This document shows positions 1 to 12,218 of a stretch of 24,000 nucleotides of DNA, one piece after another. Made by a program: the position numbers and the translations under genes. Position 1 is the first letter of the stretch, and each line of letters begins with the position of its first letter. Origin of the DNA: Culicoidibacterales bacterium (GTDB lineage Bacteria; Bacillota_I; Bacilli_A; Culicoidibacterales; ZOR0006); NCBI GenBank assembly GCA_051660865.1, contig JBOFQK010000135.1, forward strand, positions 43,019 to 67,018, read 5' to 3'. Below the pieces are notes generated by a model, which had not been told where the DNA came from, did no database searches, and saw only the letters and a program-made list of their open reading frames with translations.

Positions 1-217
1 TAAAGCTGGACGTAGCCGCTGGTTAGGTATTCGTCCAACAGTTCGTGGATCAGTAATGAACCCGAACGATCACCCACACGGTGGTGGTGAAGGTAAGTCT
101 CCAATCGGACGTAAATCACCAGTTACACCATGGGGTAAACCAGCTCTTGGTTTAAAAACTCGCGACAAAAAGAAAAAATCGACGAAATTAATCGTTCGTG
201 GTCGCAAACAAAAATAA
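1..217 (+). CDS. rplB: 50S ribosomal protein L2, C-terminal fragment (5' end outside the window)
   Basis: Frame 2 reads [54 protein letters not shown]...RGRKQK, the conserved L2 C-terminus. Stop TAA at 215-217. Sits directly upstream of rpsS as in the S10 operon. Confidence 0.95.
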   Translation, partial: KAGRSRWLGIRPTVRGSVMNPNDHPHGGGEGKSPIGRKSPVTPWGKPALGLKTRDKKKKSTKLIVRGRKQK

Positions 218-251
218 TTAACGTCGTAAAAAACGAAGGGAGGTCAATCAG

Positions 252-530
252 ATGGCTCGTAGCTTGAAAAAAGGACCATTCGTAGATGGACACTTAATGA
301 AGAAAGTGGAAAAGTTAAACGCTGACGGACGTAAAGAAGTAATTCAAACGTGGTCACGTCGTTCTACAATTTTCCCACAGTTCGTAGGTCATACAATCGC
401 CGTTCACAACGGTCGTGAACACATCCCTGTTTACGTTAACGAAGATATGGTAGGTCACAAATTGGGAGAATTCTCACCAACGCGTACATACCGTGGTCAT
501 GACGTAGACAAAAAAACAAAGAAAAAATAA
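252..530 (+). CDS. rpsS: 30S ribosomal protein S19
   Basis: 92 aa starting [12 protein letters not shown], typical of S19. RBS GAAGGGAGG upstream. S10-operon synteny. Confidence 0.97.
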   Translation: MARSLKKGPFVDGHLMKKVEKLNADGRKEVIQTWSRRSTIFPQFVGHTIAVHNGREHIPVYVNEDMVGHKLGEFSPTRTYRGHDVDKKTKKK

Positions 531-562
531 GAATCTGTAGCTAGTTGAAGGGAGGACCTAAA

Positions 563-895
563 ATGCAAGCAGTAGCTCACGCACGTACAGTTCGTATCGC
601 TCCTCGTAAAACACGTTTAGTTGTGGATTTAATCCGTGGTAAACAAGTTGGAGAAGCTTTCGCAATTTTAATGAACACGAACAAAGATGCTGTACAACCA
701 GTACAAAAAGTTTTACGTTCAGCAATTGCAAATGCCGAGCATAACTACGAAATGAACGCTGAAAACTTATATGTAAAAGAAGTTTATGTTAACGAAGGAC
801 CAACTTTAAAACGTTTCCGTCCTCGTGCACAAGGTCGTGCATTTCAAATTCTAAAGCGCACAAGTCACATCACTGTGGTTGTAGCTGAAAAATAA
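563..895 (+). CDS. rplV: 50S ribosomal protein L22
   Basis: [27 protein letters not shown] is L22-like. The track ORF starts at TTG 545, which lies inside the RBS GAAGGGAGG (547-555). ATG 563 has proper spacing. Confidence 0.95.
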   Translation: MQAVAHARTVRIAPRKTRLVVDLIRGKQVGEAFAILMNTNKDAVQPVQKVLRSAIANAEHNYEMNAENLYVKEVYVNEGPTLKRFRPRAQGRAFQILKRTSHITVVVAEK

Positions 896-919
896 TTCAA
901 GGACAAGGAGGGAATCATA

Positions 920-1564
920 GTGGGTCAAAAAGTAAGTCCAATTGGAATGCGTGTTGGTGTAATCCGTGATTGGGATTCACGCTGGTACGCAGACAAAGAT
1001 TACGCAGATTTATTATTAGAAGACATTAAAGCACGTGAATTTTTACAAGATACATTAAAAGATGCATCTGTAAGCCGTGTAGAAATCGAACGTAAAGATT
1101 CTGTAGCAATGTACATTACGATTCACACTGCGAAGCCTGGTGTTGTTATCGGAAAAGGTGGAGCTGACATCGAAGCTCTACGTGCTAAGGTAGCAAAATT
1201 AGTTGGTCGCGATGTGTTTATTAACATTGCAGAAATTAAAAACCCTGATTTAGATGCTAAATTAGTAGCTGAATCAATTGCTCGTCAATTAGAGCGTCGT
1301 GTTTCATTCCGAATTGCACAAAAACGTACAATTCAACGTGTAATGCGCGCAGGAGCAAAAGGAATCAAAACAGCAGTAAGTGGTCGTTTAGGTGGAGCTG
1401 ATATGGCTCGTACTGAAGGATATTCTGAAGGTAACGTACCTTTACAGACATTACGTGCTGATATTGATTACGCACACGAAGAAGCAGATACTACTTACGG
1501 AAAACTTGGAGTAAAAGTTTGGATCTACAAAGGTGAAGTACTTCCAACAAAAAATAACAAGTAA
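920..1564 (+). CDS. rpsC: 30S ribosomal protein S3
   Basis: 214 aa with GTG start and [35 protein letters not shown] matches the S3 N-terminus with its KH domain. Confidence 0.97.
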   Translation: MGQKVSPIGMRVGVIRDWDSRWYADKDYADLLLEDIKAREFLQDTLKDASVSRVEIERKDSVAMYITIHTAKPGVVIGKGGADIEALRAKVAKLVGRDVFINIAEIKNPDLDAKLVAESIARQLERRVSFRIAQKRTIQRVMRAGAKGIKTAVSGRLGGADMARTEGYSEGNVPLQTLRADIDYAHEEADTTYGKLGVKVWIYKGEVLPTKNNK

Positions 1565-1594
1565 TCCACGCTGCAAGGAAGGAGGAACTTGGAT

Positions 1595-2017
1595 ATGTTA
1601 ATGCCAAAACGTACGAAATACCGTCGTCCTCATCGTGTAAAGTATGAAGGACACGCAAAAGGTGGTACTGAGATTGCCTTTGGTGAATTTGGACTTCAAG
1701 CACAAAGTGGTGCTTGGATCACAAACCGCCAAATTGAAGCTGCTCGTATCGCAATGACTCGTCACATGAAACGTGGTGGGAAAGTTTGGATCAAAATCTT
1801 CCCTCACATGGCGAAAACTGCTAAACCAATGGAAGTCCGCATGGGTTCTGGTAAAGGAGCACCTGACGGATGGGTAGCAGTAGTTAAAAAGGGACGTATT
1901 ATGTTCGAAATTGCAGGAGTTTCTGAAGAAGTAGCTCGCGAAGCATTACGCTTAGCAAGCCACAAACTTCCGGTCAAATGCAAAATTGTAAAACGCGAAA
2001 ATGGTGGTGATGAGTAA
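1595..2017 (+). CDS. rplP: 50S ribosomal protein L16
   Basis: [14 protein letters not shown] is the canonical L16 N-terminus. GGAGG at 1581-1585 lies 9 nt upstream of ATG 1595. The track start TTG 1589 is too close to the RBS. Confidence 0.95.
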   Translation: MLMPKRTKYRRPHRVKYEGHAKGGTEIAFGEFGLQAQSGAWITNRQIEAARIAMTRHMKRGGKVWIKIFPHMAKTAKPMEVRMGSGKGAPDGWVAVVKKGRIMFEIAGVSEEVAREALRLASHKLPVKCKIVKRENGGDE

Positions 2018-2211
2018 TGAAAGCGAATGATATCCGTAATTTAAGCACTGCCGAAATTCAAGGAAAAGTCCAAGAATTAAAGGTTGAATTATTTAACTTA
2101 CGTTTCCAGTTAGCTACAGGTCAATTGGAAAACACTTCACGCATCAAAGACGTTCGTAAAACTATTGCTCGTATGTTAACAATTTTACGTGAACGTGAAT
2201 TAAACCAATAA
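2017..2211 (+). CDS. rpmC: 50S ribosomal protein L29
   Basis: 64 aa, with [16 protein letters not shown] characteristic of L29. TAATG overlap with the rplP stop. Confidence 0.96.
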   Translation: MKANDIRNLSTAEIQGKVQELKVELFNLRFQLATGQLENTSRIKDVRKTIARMLTILRERELNQ

Positions 2212-2241
2212 TCAAAATTATTGTGAGAGGAGGTTTCATAA

Positions 2242-2502
2242 ATGGAACGTAATAACCGCAAAGTTTTAGTTGGGAAAGTTGTTTCTGACAAAATGGACAA
2301 GACAATTACTGTTTTAGTCGAAACTTACAAAAAACATCCTCTTTATGGAAAACGTGTTAAATATTCTAAAAAATATAAAACACATGATGAAGCAGGTGTC
2401 GCTAAAATGGGAGATAAAGTGCGCATTATGTCGACACGCCCATTATCAGCAACTAAACGCTACCGTTTAGTTGAAGTTGTTGAAAAAGCAGTTCAAATTT
2501 AA
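2242..2502 (+). CDS. rpsQ: 30S ribosomal protein S17
   Basis: 86 aa with [22 protein letters not shown], an S17 signature. RBS GAGAGGAGG. Confidence 0.96.
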   Translation: MERNNRKVLVGKVVSDKMDKTITVLVETYKKHPLYGKRVKYSKKYKTHDEAGVAKMGDKVRIMSTRPLSATKRYRLVEVVEKAVQI

Positions 2503-2551
2503 TCGGTTGATAGAAAAAAAAAAATTACCAGCCGAAGGGAGGTAACTACGT

Positions 2552-2920
2552 ATGGTTCAACAAGAATCACGCTTGAAAGTAGCAGATAACTCTGGAGCTA
2601 AAGAACTTTTAGTTATCCGTTGCTTAGGTGGATCAAAACGCAAATTCGCAAACATCGGTGATATCGTTGTTTGTTCTGTAAAGCAAGCTGCTCCTGGTGG
2701 AGTTGTGAAAAAAGGTGACGTAGTTAAAGCTGTTATCGTTCGTACGGTACGCGGAGCTCGTCGTAATGACGGTTCTTACATTAAGTTCGATGAAAATGCA
2801 GCAGTAATTATCAAAGACGATATGAGTCCACGTGGAACACGTATTTTCGGACCTGTCGCTCGTGAATTACGTGACAAAAACTTCATGAAAATCGTTTCAT
2901 TAGCACCAGAAGTACTATAA
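2552..2920 (+). CDS. rplN: 50S ribosomal protein L14
   Basis: 122 aa starting [18 protein letters not shown], canonical L14. RBS GAAGGGAGG. Confidence 0.97.
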   Translation: MVQQESRLKVADNSGAKELLVIRCLGGSKRKFANIGDIVVCSVKQAAPGGVVKKGDVVKAVIVRTVRGARRNDGSYIKFDENAAVIIKDDMSPRGTRIFGPVARELRDKNFMKIVSLAPEVL

Positions 2921-2951
2921 TTAAGTAAGCTAGCTAAGGAGGTGCAGACGC

Positions 2952-3263
2952 ATGCATGTTAAAAAAGGTGATAAAATCCAAGTAATCGCAGGTAAAGACA
3001 AAGGGAAACAAGGTGTTGTAACATCTGTATTACCAAAGAAAAACCGTGTAATTATTGAAGGACTAAACATTGTTAAAAAACACCAAAAGCCAACGCAAGC
3101 TAATCCTGAAGGTGGTATTATCGAAATGGAAGCACCAATTCATGCTTCTAACGTGTTACCACTTGATCCAAAAACAGGAAAGCCTACACGTGTAGGATAC
3201 CAAGTAATCGACGGAAATAAAGTTCGTGTTGCAAAAGTATCTGGCGAAGTTTTAGACAAATAA
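2952..3263 (+). CDS. rplX: 50S ribosomal protein L24
   Basis: 103 aa. [21 protein letters not shown] (KOW motif) closely resembles Bacillus L24. Confidence 0.96.
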   Translation: MHVKKGDKIQVIAGKDKGKQGVVTSVLPKKNRVIIEGLNIVKKHQKPTQANPEGGIIEMEAPIHASNVLPLDPKTGKPTRVGYQVIDGNKVRVAKVSGEVLDK

Positions 3264-3293
3264 AATTAAAAAGAGTGAAAGGAGGTCTACTGT

Positions 3294-3833
3294 ATGAACC
3301 GCCTGAAAGCGAAATATACAACTGAAATTGCAAAAGATCTTATGGAAAAATTCCAATATGAGTCGACAATGCAAGTACCTAAACTTGATAAAATTGTTGT
3401 AAATATGGGTGTTGGTGATGCTGTATCAAACTCAAAAGCACTAGACGCTGCTGTTGAGGATTTAACGATTATCACTGGACAAAAACCATTAATTACAAAA
3501 GCGAAAAAATCAATTGCTGGATTCCGTCTTCGTGAAGGAATGCCAATCGGTGCAAAAGTTACTTTACGTGGAGAACGTATGTATGAGTTCTTAGATAAAT
3601 TAGTAACTATCTCATTACCACGCATGCGTGACTTCCGTGGTGTTTCTAAGACTGCGTTTGATGGACGTGGAAACTACACTTTAGGGGTTAAAGAACAATT
3701 AATCTTCCCTGAAATCGACTTCGACAAAGTTAGCAAAGTACGAGGAATGGATATCGTTATCGTAACAACTGCTAATACTGACGAAGAAGGGTTTGCACTC
3801 TTACAGTTATTAGGAATGCCTTTCCAAAAATAG
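3294..3833 (+). CDS. rplE: 50S ribosomal protein L5
   Basis: 179 aa with MNRLKAKY...[16 protein letters not shown], typical of L5. Confidence 0.97.
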   Translation: MNRLKAKYTTEIAKDLMEKFQYESTMQVPKLDKIVVNMGVGDAVSNSKALDAAVEDLTIITGQKPLITKAKKSIAGFRLREGMPIGAKVTLRGERMYEFLDKLVTISLPRMRDFRGVSKTAFDGRGNYTLGVKEQLIFPEIDFDKVSKVRGMDIVIVTTANTDEEGFALLQLLGMPFQK

Positions 3834-3856
3834 TCAAAAAGGAGGCATAACCAAAG

Positions 3857-4042
3857 ATGGCTAAGAAATCAATGATCGCGAAAGCGAAAAAGAAACAAAA
3901 ATTCAAAGTTCGTGAATATACTCGTTGTGAAGTTTGTGGTCGTCCACATTCAGTACTTCGTAAATTCAAAATGTGCCGTATTTGCTTCCGTGAATACGCA
4001 TATAAAGGACAAATTCCAGGTGTAACTAAAGCAAGCTGGTAA
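3857..4042 (+). CDS. rpsZ: 30S ribosomal protein S14, type Z (zinc-ribbon form)
   Basis: 61 aa with CEVCGRP...CRICFRE (CxxC-x12-CxxC) and a C-terminal KASW. spc-operon position between rplE and rpsH. Confidence 0.96.
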   Translation: MAKKSMIAKAKKKQKFKVREYTRCEVCGRPHSVLRKFKMCRICFREYAYKGQIPGVTKASW

Positions 4043-4080
4043 TTTTATAGAGACTTTATTTCTGAAGGGAGGAAAATGTC

Positions 4081-4479
4081 ATGGTCATGACTGATCCAAT
4101 TGCAGATATGTTAACTCGTATCCGTAACGCTAACCAAATGCGTCATGAGTCTGTTGATGTTCCAAAATCACGTATCAAAGCTGATATCGCTGAAATTTTA
4201 AAAGCAGAAGGTTTTGTACGCGATGTAGAATACATCGAAGACGGTAAACAAGGCGTTATTCGTCTCCAATTAAAATATGGACGCAATAACGAACGTGTTG
4301 TCAGTGGATTAAAACGTATCTCGAAACCGGGATTACGTGTTTATGCTAAAGCTGACGAAGTACCACGTGTATTAAATGGTTTAGGTATTGCAATTATTTC
4401 AACTTCACAAGGTCTTATGGCTGATAAAGTTGCTCGTAAGCAACAAATCGGTGGAGAAGTAATCGCGTATATCTGGTAA
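4081..4479 (+). CDS. rpsH: 30S ribosomal protein S8
   Basis: 132 aa. [18 protein letters not shown] matches the Bacillus S8 N-terminus. Confidence 0.97.
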   Translation: MVMTDPIADMLTRIRNANQMRHESVDVPKSRIKADIAEILKAEGFVRDVEYIEDGKQGVIRLQLKYGRNNERVVSGLKRISKPGLRVYAKADEVPRVLNGLGIAIISTSQGLMADKVARKQQIGGEVIAYIW

Positions 4480-4517
4480 TCATAATTATTAGTTAAATAA
4501 GCAGGAGGTGCAAGAGA

Positions 4518-5060
4518 ATGTCACGTATCGGTAATAAACACATTACTTTACCTGCTGGTGTTGAAGTAACTGTAACTGAAGGAAACAACGTTACAGTTAA
4601 AGGACCAAAAGGTGAATTAACTCGTCAATTCAATGCTGAATTAACGATTTTAATCGACGGAAACGTTTTAACAGTAACTCGTCCAAACGATACAAAAACG
4701 ATTAAAATGTTACACGGAACAACTCGTGCGTTACTTGCTAACATGGTTGAAGGTGTATCTCAAGGATTCACTCGTGAATTAGAAATTATCGGAGTTGGAT
4801 ACCGTGCTAATAAGCAAGGTGACAAAATCGTTCTTTCATTAGGATACTCTCATCCAATCGAAATCGTTGCCGAACCAGGTATCGAAATCGAATTGCCATC
4901 ACAAACTGAAATCAAAATTTCAGGGATTGATAAGCAACGTGTTGGTGAAGTAGCAGCAAATATCCGTAAATTCCGTCAACCTGAGCCATATAAAGGTAAG
5001 GGTGTACGCTATAAAGGTGAACAAGTTCGCCGTAAAGAAGGTAAAAAAGCTGGTAAATAA
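4518..5060 (+). CDS. rplF: 50S ribosomal protein L6
   Basis: 180 aa starting [19 protein letters not shown], with the two-domain L6 pattern. Confidence 0.97.
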   Translation: MSRIGNKHITLPAGVEVTVTEGNNVTVKGPKGELTRQFNAELTILIDGNVLTVTRPNDTKTIKMLHGTTRALLANMVEGVSQGFTRELEIIGVGYRANKQGDKIVLSLGYSHPIEIVAEPGIEIELPSQTEIKISGIDKQRVGEVAANIRKFRQPEPYKGKGVRYKGEQVRRKEGKKAGK

Positions 5061-5104
5061 TGCCGCTTAATTAACCAAAAAGCTATAGAAAGGAGTGACG
5101 TTAG

Positions 5105-5464
5105 ATGATTAAGAAGCAATCTCGTAATCTGTTACGTAAAAAACGTCATGCTCGTGTACGTAGTAAAGTAAGTGGAACAGCTAACTGCCCACGTTTAAAC
5201 GTATTCCGATCTAATACAAACATCTACGCACAAATTATTGATGACGTAGCTGGTGTAACTTTAGTAAGTGCATCAACAATGGACAAAGCTTTAGAATTAA
5301 AATCTGCAAATATCGCAGCAGCAACGACTATCGGTAAGTTAATTGCTGAGCGTGCTCTTGAAAAAGGGATTACAAATGTAGTATTCGATCGTGGTGGATA
5401 TATTTACCACGGACGTATTAAAGCTTTAGCCGAAGCAGCTCGTGAAGCTGGATTACAATTCTAG
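5105..5464 (+). CDS. rplR: 50S ribosomal protein L18
   Basis: 119 aa with [26 protein letters not shown]...[27 protein letters not shown], typical of L18. Confidence 0.97.
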   Translation: MIKKQSRNLLRKKRHARVRSKVSGTANCPRLNVFRSNTNIYAQIIDDVAGVTLVSASTMDKALELKSANIAAATTIGKLIAERALEKGITNVVFDRGGYIYHGRIKALAEAAREAGLQF

Positions 5465-5483
5465 TTACAAGGAGGGAAAAGGC

Positions 5484-5987
5484 ATGCAAACGATTATCGA
5501 TCCAAATACATTAGAACTTGAAGAACGCGTTGTTACTATTAACCGTGTTACTAAAGTAGTAAAAGGTGGTCGTCGTTTCCGTTTTGCTGCATTAGTAGTA
5601 GTCGGAGACAAAAATGGACATGTTGGTTTCGGAACTGGTAAAGCAAATGAAGTACCAGATTCAATCCGTAAAGCAGTTCAAGACGCTAAGAAAAATTTAA
5701 TCACAGTGCCAGTTGTAGGAACAACGATTCCTCACATGGTAACTGGACGCTTTGGTTCAGGAAAAGTGTTATTACGCCCAGCATCAGCCGGTACAGGGGT
5801 AGTAGCAGGTGGACCAGTTCGTGCCGTATTAGAATTAGTAGGTATCAGTGATATCTTATCTAAATCTTTAGGTTCAAACACACCAATCAATATGGTTCGC
5901 GCCACTATTGAAGGTTTAAAAGAACTTCGTACAGTTGAATCTGTTGCAGCATTGCGCGGAAAAACTGTCGAGGAAATTTTAGGTTAG
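5484..5987 (+). CDS. rpsE: 30S ribosomal protein S5
   Basis: [34 protein letters not shown] is S5. The track ORF from 5442 overlaps the rplR 3' end. ATG 5484 follows RBS AAGGAGGG (5469-5476). Confidence 0.95.
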   Translation: MQTIIDPNTLELEERVVTINRVTKVVKGGRRFRFAALVVVGDKNGHVGFGTGKANEVPDSIRKAVQDAKKNLITVPVVGTTIPHMVTGRFGSGKVLLRPASAGTGVVAGGPVRAVLELVGISDILSKSLGSNTPINMVRATIEGLKELRTVESVAALRGKTVEEILG

Positions 5988-5999
5988 GAGGTAAGGAAG

Positions 6000-6179
6000 A
6001 TGAAAAAATTAAATATCACCCTTACTCGTAGCGCTATCGGTGCTAAACCAAAACAAAAAGCAACAATCCAAGCACTTGGATTAAAGAAAATGCAACAAAC
6101 AGTTACTTTAGTTGATTCTGACGCTACTCGCGGAATGATCGCTAAAGTTGCACACTTAGTGACTGTAACTGAAGCATAA
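6000..6179 (+). CDS. rpmD: 50S ribosomal protein L30
   Basis: Absent from the ORF track (59 aa). Manual translation gives [72 protein letters not shown] upstream. Lies between rpsE and rplO as expected. Confidence 0.93.
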   Translation: MKKLNITLTRSAIGAKPKQKATIQALGLKKMQQTVTLVDSDATRGMIAKVAHLVTVTEA

Positions 6180-6199
6180 AAACAAGGAGGTGCACTAAC

Positions 6200-6640
6200 A
6201 TGAAATTACATGAGCTAAAGGCAACTGAAGGTTCACGCGAAGAACGCTTCCGTAAAGGACGCGGACCAGCAAGCGGAAACGGTAAAACAGCTGGACGTGG
6301 ACATAAAGGTCAAAACTCTCGTAGCGGTGGTGGTGTTCGCTTAGGTTTCGAAGGTGGACAAACTCCATTATTCCGTCGTATTCCAAAACGCGGGTTTACG
6401 AATCCATTCCGTAAAGAATACGCTATTGTTAACATCGCTGACTTAAATCGTTTCGCAGCAGGTACTGAAGTAACTTTTGCATCGTTAAAAGAAGCTGGTC
6501 TTGTGAACAAAGAATTATCAGGTGTTAAAATCTTAGGTAACGGTACTTTAGAAGTCGCTTTAACTGTAAAGGCTAACAAATTTACAGCTTCAGCGAAAAC
6601 AGCTATTGAGACTGCAGGTGGAACTGTAGAGGTTATCTAA
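6200..6640 (+). CDS. rplO: 50S ribosomal protein L15
   Basis: 146 aa with [14 protein letters not shown]...[26 protein letters not shown], typical of L15. Confidence 0.97.
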   Translation: MKLHELKATEGSREERFRKGRGPASGNGKTAGRGHKGQNSRSGGGVRLGFEGGQTPLFRRIPKRGFTNPFRKEYAIVNIADLNRFAAGTEVTFASLKEAGLVNKELSGVKILGNGTLEVALTVKANKFTASAKTAIETAGGTVEVI

Positions 6641-6642
6641 TT

Positions 6643-8603
<1,961 letters not shown>

Positions 8604-8605
8604 TC

Positions 8606-9352
8606 ATGATTATACGCAAAACGCCACGTGAAGTGGAACTCATGCGAGAAGCCGGTCGGATTGTGGCGCTTGCTCATCATGAGGTCAAAAAATATGTTAT
8701 CCCTGGTGTTTCTCTAAAAGAATTAGACGCCATCGTTGAAAAAGTTATTCGTGAAAATGGCGCGATTCCATCATTTAAAGGATATGGTGGCTTCCCTGCT
8801 AGTGCATGTATTTCAGTTAATGAAGTAGTCGTTCATGGGATTCCTGGCAAACAAACACTTGCAGATGGAGACATTGTCTCTATCGACATTGGTGCGTTGT
8901 TCAAAGGCTATCATGGCGATTCAGCATGGACTTATGCAGTGGGAGAAGTTAATCCTGAAAGAAAAAAACTCATGGAAGTAACTGAAGAAGCTCTTTTTAA
9001 AGGGTTGGAGCAGGTATATCCAGGGAACAAACTTTCAAATGTTTCATATGCAATTCAGCAACACGCTGAAGCTAATGGGTTCAGTATTGTCAGAGAATTT
9101 ACTGGACATGGAATTGGTCAGAATCTTCACGAAGATCCTGCCATTCCAAATTTTGGTACACCAAACAAAGGCCCTGTTTTAAAGGCTGGTATGGTACTTG
9201 CAATTGAACCAATTATTAATGTTGGAAAACCGGCAGTTAAGATTCTTAGTGACCAGTGGACAGCTATTTCTATTGATGGAAGCACGTCTGCACACTATGA
9301 ACATACCGTAGCGGTAACTGATGATGGATATAAAATTCTGACAACATTATAA
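8606..9352 (+). CDS. map: Methionine aminopeptidase type I
   Basis: 248 aa with VVHGIP, DIGA, GHGIG, AIEP and HYEHT, the positions of the MetAP metal ligands. Confidence 0.95.
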   Translation: MIIRKTPREVELMREAGRIVALAHHEVKKYVIPGVSLKELDAIVEKVIRENGAIPSFKGYGGFPASACISVNEVVVHGIPGKQTLADGDIVSIDIGALFKGYHGDSAWTYAVGEVNPERKKLMEVTEEALFKGLEQVYPGNKLSNVSYAIQQHAEANGFSIVREFTGHGIGQNLHEDPAIPNFGTPNKGPVLKAGMVLAIEPIINVGKPAVKILSDQWTAISIDGSTSAHYEHTVAVTDDGYKILTTL

Positions 9353-9365
9353 GGAGGTCGAGATC

Positions 9366-9584
9366 ATGGCAAAACAAGATGTTATTGAGGTAGAAGCGAA
9401 AATTCTTGAAACTTTACCTAATGCTATGTTCCACGTTGAGTTAGAAAATGGACACAAGATTTTGGCTCATGTTTCTGGTAAAATCCGTATGAACTTCATT
9501 CGTATTTTACCTGGTGATAAAGTTACTGTTGAACTTTCACCATATGATTTAACACGCGGCCGAATCATTTACCGTCATAAGTAA
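9366..9584 (+). CDS. infA: Translation initiation factor IF-1
   Basis: 72 aa with [53 protein letters not shown], highly conserved IF-1 sequence. Confidence 0.98.
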   Translation: MAKQDVIEVEAKILETLPNAMFHVELENGHKILAHVSGKIRMNFIRILPGDKVTVELSPYDLTRGRIIYRHK

Positions 9585-9602
9585 TTGTGTACTCCATTTT
9601 AA

Positions 9603-9737
<135 letters not shown>

Positions 9738-9756
9738 TTAATTGGAGGTGCAAAAT

Positions 9757-10122
9757 ATGGCACGTATTGCAGGAGTAGATATTCCTCGTGATAAACGCGT
9801 TGTAATTTCATTACAATACGTATTCGGAATTGGACAAACAACTGCTAAACAAATTTTAGCAGCGACTAACATTTCTGAAGATATTCGCGTTAAAGATCTT
9901 ACAGAAGATCAATTAATCGCTATTCGTAACGAAGTTGACTCAATCAAAACTGAGGGAGATCTTCGTCGCGAAATCGCATTAAATATTAAACGTTTACAAG
10001 AGATTGCTAGCTACCGTGGTATTCGCCACCGTCGTAGTTTACCATTACGTGGTCAACGTACGAAAACAAATGCGCGTACTCGTAAGGGTCCACGTCGTAC
10101 TGTAGCAGGTAAGAAAAAATAA
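9757..10122 (+). CDS. rpsM: 30S ribosomal protein S13
   Basis: [26 protein letters not shown] is canonical S13. The track start at 9742 lies inside the RBS TGGAGGTG. Confidence 0.96.
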   Translation: MARIAGVDIPRDKRVVISLQYVFGIGQTTAKQILAATNISEDIRVKDLTEDQLIAIRNEVDSIKTEGDLRREIALNIKRLQEIASYRGIRHRRSLPLRGQRTKTNARTRKGPRRTVAGKKK

Positions 10123-10171
10123 AATCTAATCAATAATACACTGTATTATTAATTCAAAGGAGGTCATGAAA

Positions 10172-10555
10172 ATGGCACGTCAAGTACGTAAGCGTCGCGT
10201 GAAAAAGAACATTCCTACTGGTATGGCTCATATTCACTCAACGTTTAACAACACAATCGTAACTATTACTGACCAAAACGGTAATGCTATCGCATGGTCT
10301 AGTGCTGGTGCATTAGGTTTTAAAGGTTCACGTAAATCAACTCCGTTCGCTGCTCAAATGGCAGCTGAAGCAGCAGCAAAAGCTGCGATGGACAACGGAA
10401 TGCAGTTAGTAGAAGTTGCAGTTAAAGGACCAGGACCTGGTCGTGAAGCAGCAATTCGTTCATTACAAGCTGCTGGACTTGAAGTTTCAGCTATTAAAGA
10501 TGCGACTCCAGTTCCACATAACGGGTGTCGTGCTCCTAAACGTCCTCGTGGATAA
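10172..10555 (+). CDS. rpsK: 30S ribosomal protein S11
   Basis: [14 protein letters not shown]...[14 protein letters not shown] is S11. ATG 10172 lies 8 nt after the AGGAGG RBS. ATG 10166 is only 2-3 nt after the RBS, so the start is uncertain by 2 codons. Confidence 0.93.
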   Translation: MARQVRKRRVKKNIPTGMAHIHSTFNNTIVTITDQNGNAIAWSSAGALGFKGSRKSTPFAAQMAAEAAAKAAMDNGMQLVEVAVKGPGPGREAAIRSLQAAGLEVSAIKDATPVPHNGCRAPKRPRG

Positions 10556-10601
10556 TTGATTTTTGCGTAACTAAAATCTAGCCAAACGAGGAGGCGCAAA
10601 A

Positions 10602-11549
10602 ATGTTAGAATTCGAAAAACCAACAATTGAAATCAAAGAACTTGTTGAGAGTGAGTATTTTGGAAAGTTCACAATCGAGCCACTTGAGCGCGGTTTTGGG
10701 ATTACTTTAGGAAACTCACTACGTCGAGTATTACTGTCATCACTTCCGGGTGCAGCAGTAACTGATATTCACATCGATGGTGTTGTTCATGAATTTTCAA
10801 CTATTGAAGGCGTTCTTGAGGACGTTACAACAATCATCTTGAATATTAAGAAGCTCGTTCTCAATATGGACAATGATGATACTCAAACTTTGCTAATTGA
10901 AGCAAAAGGTGAGGGAGTAGTAACTGCTGCTGATATCAAATGTGATCCATCAGTTGAAGTTATTAACCAAGATTTACATATCGCGACTTTAGCTAAAGAT
11001 GCGAATTTCCGCATGACTATGACAGCTCGTCGTGGTCGTGGGTATGTTCGTGCAGAATTTAATAAACAAGATAATCAACCAGTTGGAGTTATTCCAATTG
11101 ATTCGATTTATACACCAGTTCAAAAAGTATCATACACTGTAGATACACGAATTGGAAAAACTCAAACTTACGACCGTTTAAACATTGAAGTGCAAACGGA
11201 CGGAAGTGTGAATCCTCAGGAAGCTGTTGCAACAGCTGCCAAAATCATGATGGATCATTTAGAAGCTGTTGTTGCTATTAATGACACAGCTGCTGCATGG
11301 AACTTTATGATTGAAAAAGAAGATTCAACAAAAACCAAAGCAACTGAGATGAGTATTGAAGAACTTGATTTATCAGTTCGTTCATATAACTCACTTAAGC
11401 GTGCGGGGATTAACTCATTACAAGAATTACTTGATTTCTCAGAAGAAGATATGATGAAAATTCGTAATCTTGGAAAGAAATCATTAAAAGAAATCATTGA
11501 TAAAATTCACGAACTTGGCTTACAACTTCGCGATGCAGATCGTGATTAA
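10602..11549 (+). CDS. rpoA: DNA-directed RNA polymerase alpha subunit
   Basis: 315 aa. The N-terminal domain has [22 protein letters not shown]. The C-terminal domain has [16 protein letters not shown]...[10 protein letters not shown]. Confidence 0.97.
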   Translation: MLEFEKPTIEIKELVESEYFGKFTIEPLERGFGITLGNSLRRVLLSSLPGAAVTDIHIDGVVHEFSTIEGVLEDVTTIILNIKKLVLNMDNDDTQTLLIEAKGEGVVTAADIKCDPSVEVINQDLHIATLAKDANFRMTMTARRGRGYVRAEFNKQDNQPVGVIPIDSIYTPVQKVSYTVDTRIGKTQTYDRLNIEVQTDGSVNPQEAVATAAKIMMDHLEAVVAINDTAAAWNFMIEKEDSTKTKATEMSIEELDLSVRSYNSLKRAGINSLQELLDFSEEDMMKIRNLGKKSLKEIIDKIHELGLQLRDADRD

Positions 11550-11583
11550 TTAAAATTCTTGCAATCAGGAAGGAGGAATCGCT

Positions 11584-11937
11584 ATGCGTAAATTAGGTCG
11601 TACAAGCACGCAACGTAAAGCTTTATTACGTGGACAAGCTACAGATTTAATTATTCATGAACGTATTGAAACAACAGAAGCGAAGGCGAAGGAATTACGT
11701 CGCCGCGTGGAAAAATTAATTACTCTTGGAAAACGTGGTGATTTACACGCACGTCGTCAAGCTGCAGCTTTAATGTATAAAGCTCAAGCTGCGAATGCTG
11801 ATAAAGACTCACTTCAAAAGTTATTTGATGACATTGCTCCACGTTACGCTGAGCGCCAAGGTGGATACACTCGTATCATTAAATTAGGTGCTCGTAAGGG
11901 TGACGGTGCTGAAACAGTAATCATTGAATTAGTGTAA
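11584..11937 (+). CDS. rplQ: 50S ribosomal protein L17
   Basis: 117 aa with [23 protein letters not shown]...[18 protein letters not shown], typical of L17. Confidence 0.97.
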   Translation: MRKLGRTSTQRKALLRGQATDLIIHERIETTEAKAKELRRRVEKLITLGKRGDLHARRQAAALMYKAQAANADKDSLQKLFDDIAPRYAERQGGYTRIIKLGARKGDGAETVIIELV

Positions 11938-11953
11938 TTATATACGAAGCATT

Positions 11954-12000
11954 AACCGCAATCAGTTCTTTCTGGCAAAGAACTGGTGGCGGTTTTTCTT
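11954..12000 (+). terminator. Intrinsic terminator after rplQ
   Basis: CAGTTCTTT (11963-11971) pairs with AAAGAACTG (11977-11985). Outer ACCGC/GCGGT pairing extends the stem. A TTTTTCTT tract follows. Confidence 0.8.
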
Positions 12001-12100
12001 CGTTTTATGAAAAAGAAGAAAAATGGTTTGATTATTTGATGATTTAACAAATATTGAAACGAGTTTTTTTCTTAGGTAAAGATAAAATCAGGTGAGAGGC

Positions 12101-12129
12101 ATTTTTTTAAGAAATGAATGTGGTATAAT
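12101..12129 (+). promoter_or_regulatory. Putative extended -10 promoter for ecfA1-ecfA2-ecfT-truA
   Basis: TGGTATAAT (TGnTATAAT) at 12121-12129. The -35 is poor (ATTTTT at 12101-12106, 17-nt spacer). Lies about 90 nt upstream of the ecfA1 ATG. Confidence 0.5.
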
Positions 12130-12218
12130 AATGAGCGATAAAATGACAAATTTTACTGAAAGCAAAATGCGTTGAGACAAATAAATTTGTAATGATACGG
12201 GTTTTGAAAGGGATAGAT

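Noticed and set aside
545-562. N-terminal extensions in the ORF track for rplV (545), rplP (1589), rpsE (5442), rpsM (9742), rpsK (10166), ecfA1 (12192), truA (14676), rplM (15569), copY (16623) and the second T component (22313).
   Set aside because: The extensions begin inside or upstream of the Shine-Dalgarno sequence, or inside the preceding gene. The internal ATG reproduces the conserved N-terminus of the family in each case. rpsK and truA remain the least certain.
2514-2524. A11 homopolymer in the rpsQ-rplN spacer, flanked by a weak CGGTTG/CAGCCG pairing.
   Set aside because: It is intergenic, so slippage would not change any reading frame. The flanking stem is only 6 bp, includes a G-U pair and has a 21-nt loop. 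It looks like an ordinary AT-rich spacer.
3287-3625. 112-aa ORF on the minus strand, antisense to rplE. Similar antisense ORFs occur at 1491-1703, 1598-1807, 3772-3969, 6195-6386, 6310-6579, 6637-6843, 7374-7556, 10354-10626, 11255-11497, 12847-13029 and 14706-15005.
   Set aside because: All lie fully inside highly conserved, confidently assigned + strand genes. None has an RBS or a recognisable motif. Their composition is what you expect from reading the opposite strand of codon-biased genes.
10132-10150. AATAATAC-act-GTATTATT hairpin between rpsM and rpsK.
   Set aside because: The stem is 8 bp, almost all A-T, with a 3-nt loop, so it is very low in stability. Inverted repeats like this are expected by chance in AT-rich spacers.
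12131-12175. 14-codon ORF (MSDKMTNFTESKMR) in the ecfA1 leader.
   Set aside because: There is no RBS. The ATG begins 2 nt after the predicted -10 hexamer, so it probably lies upstream of the transcription start. Nothing suggests a regulatory leader peptide.
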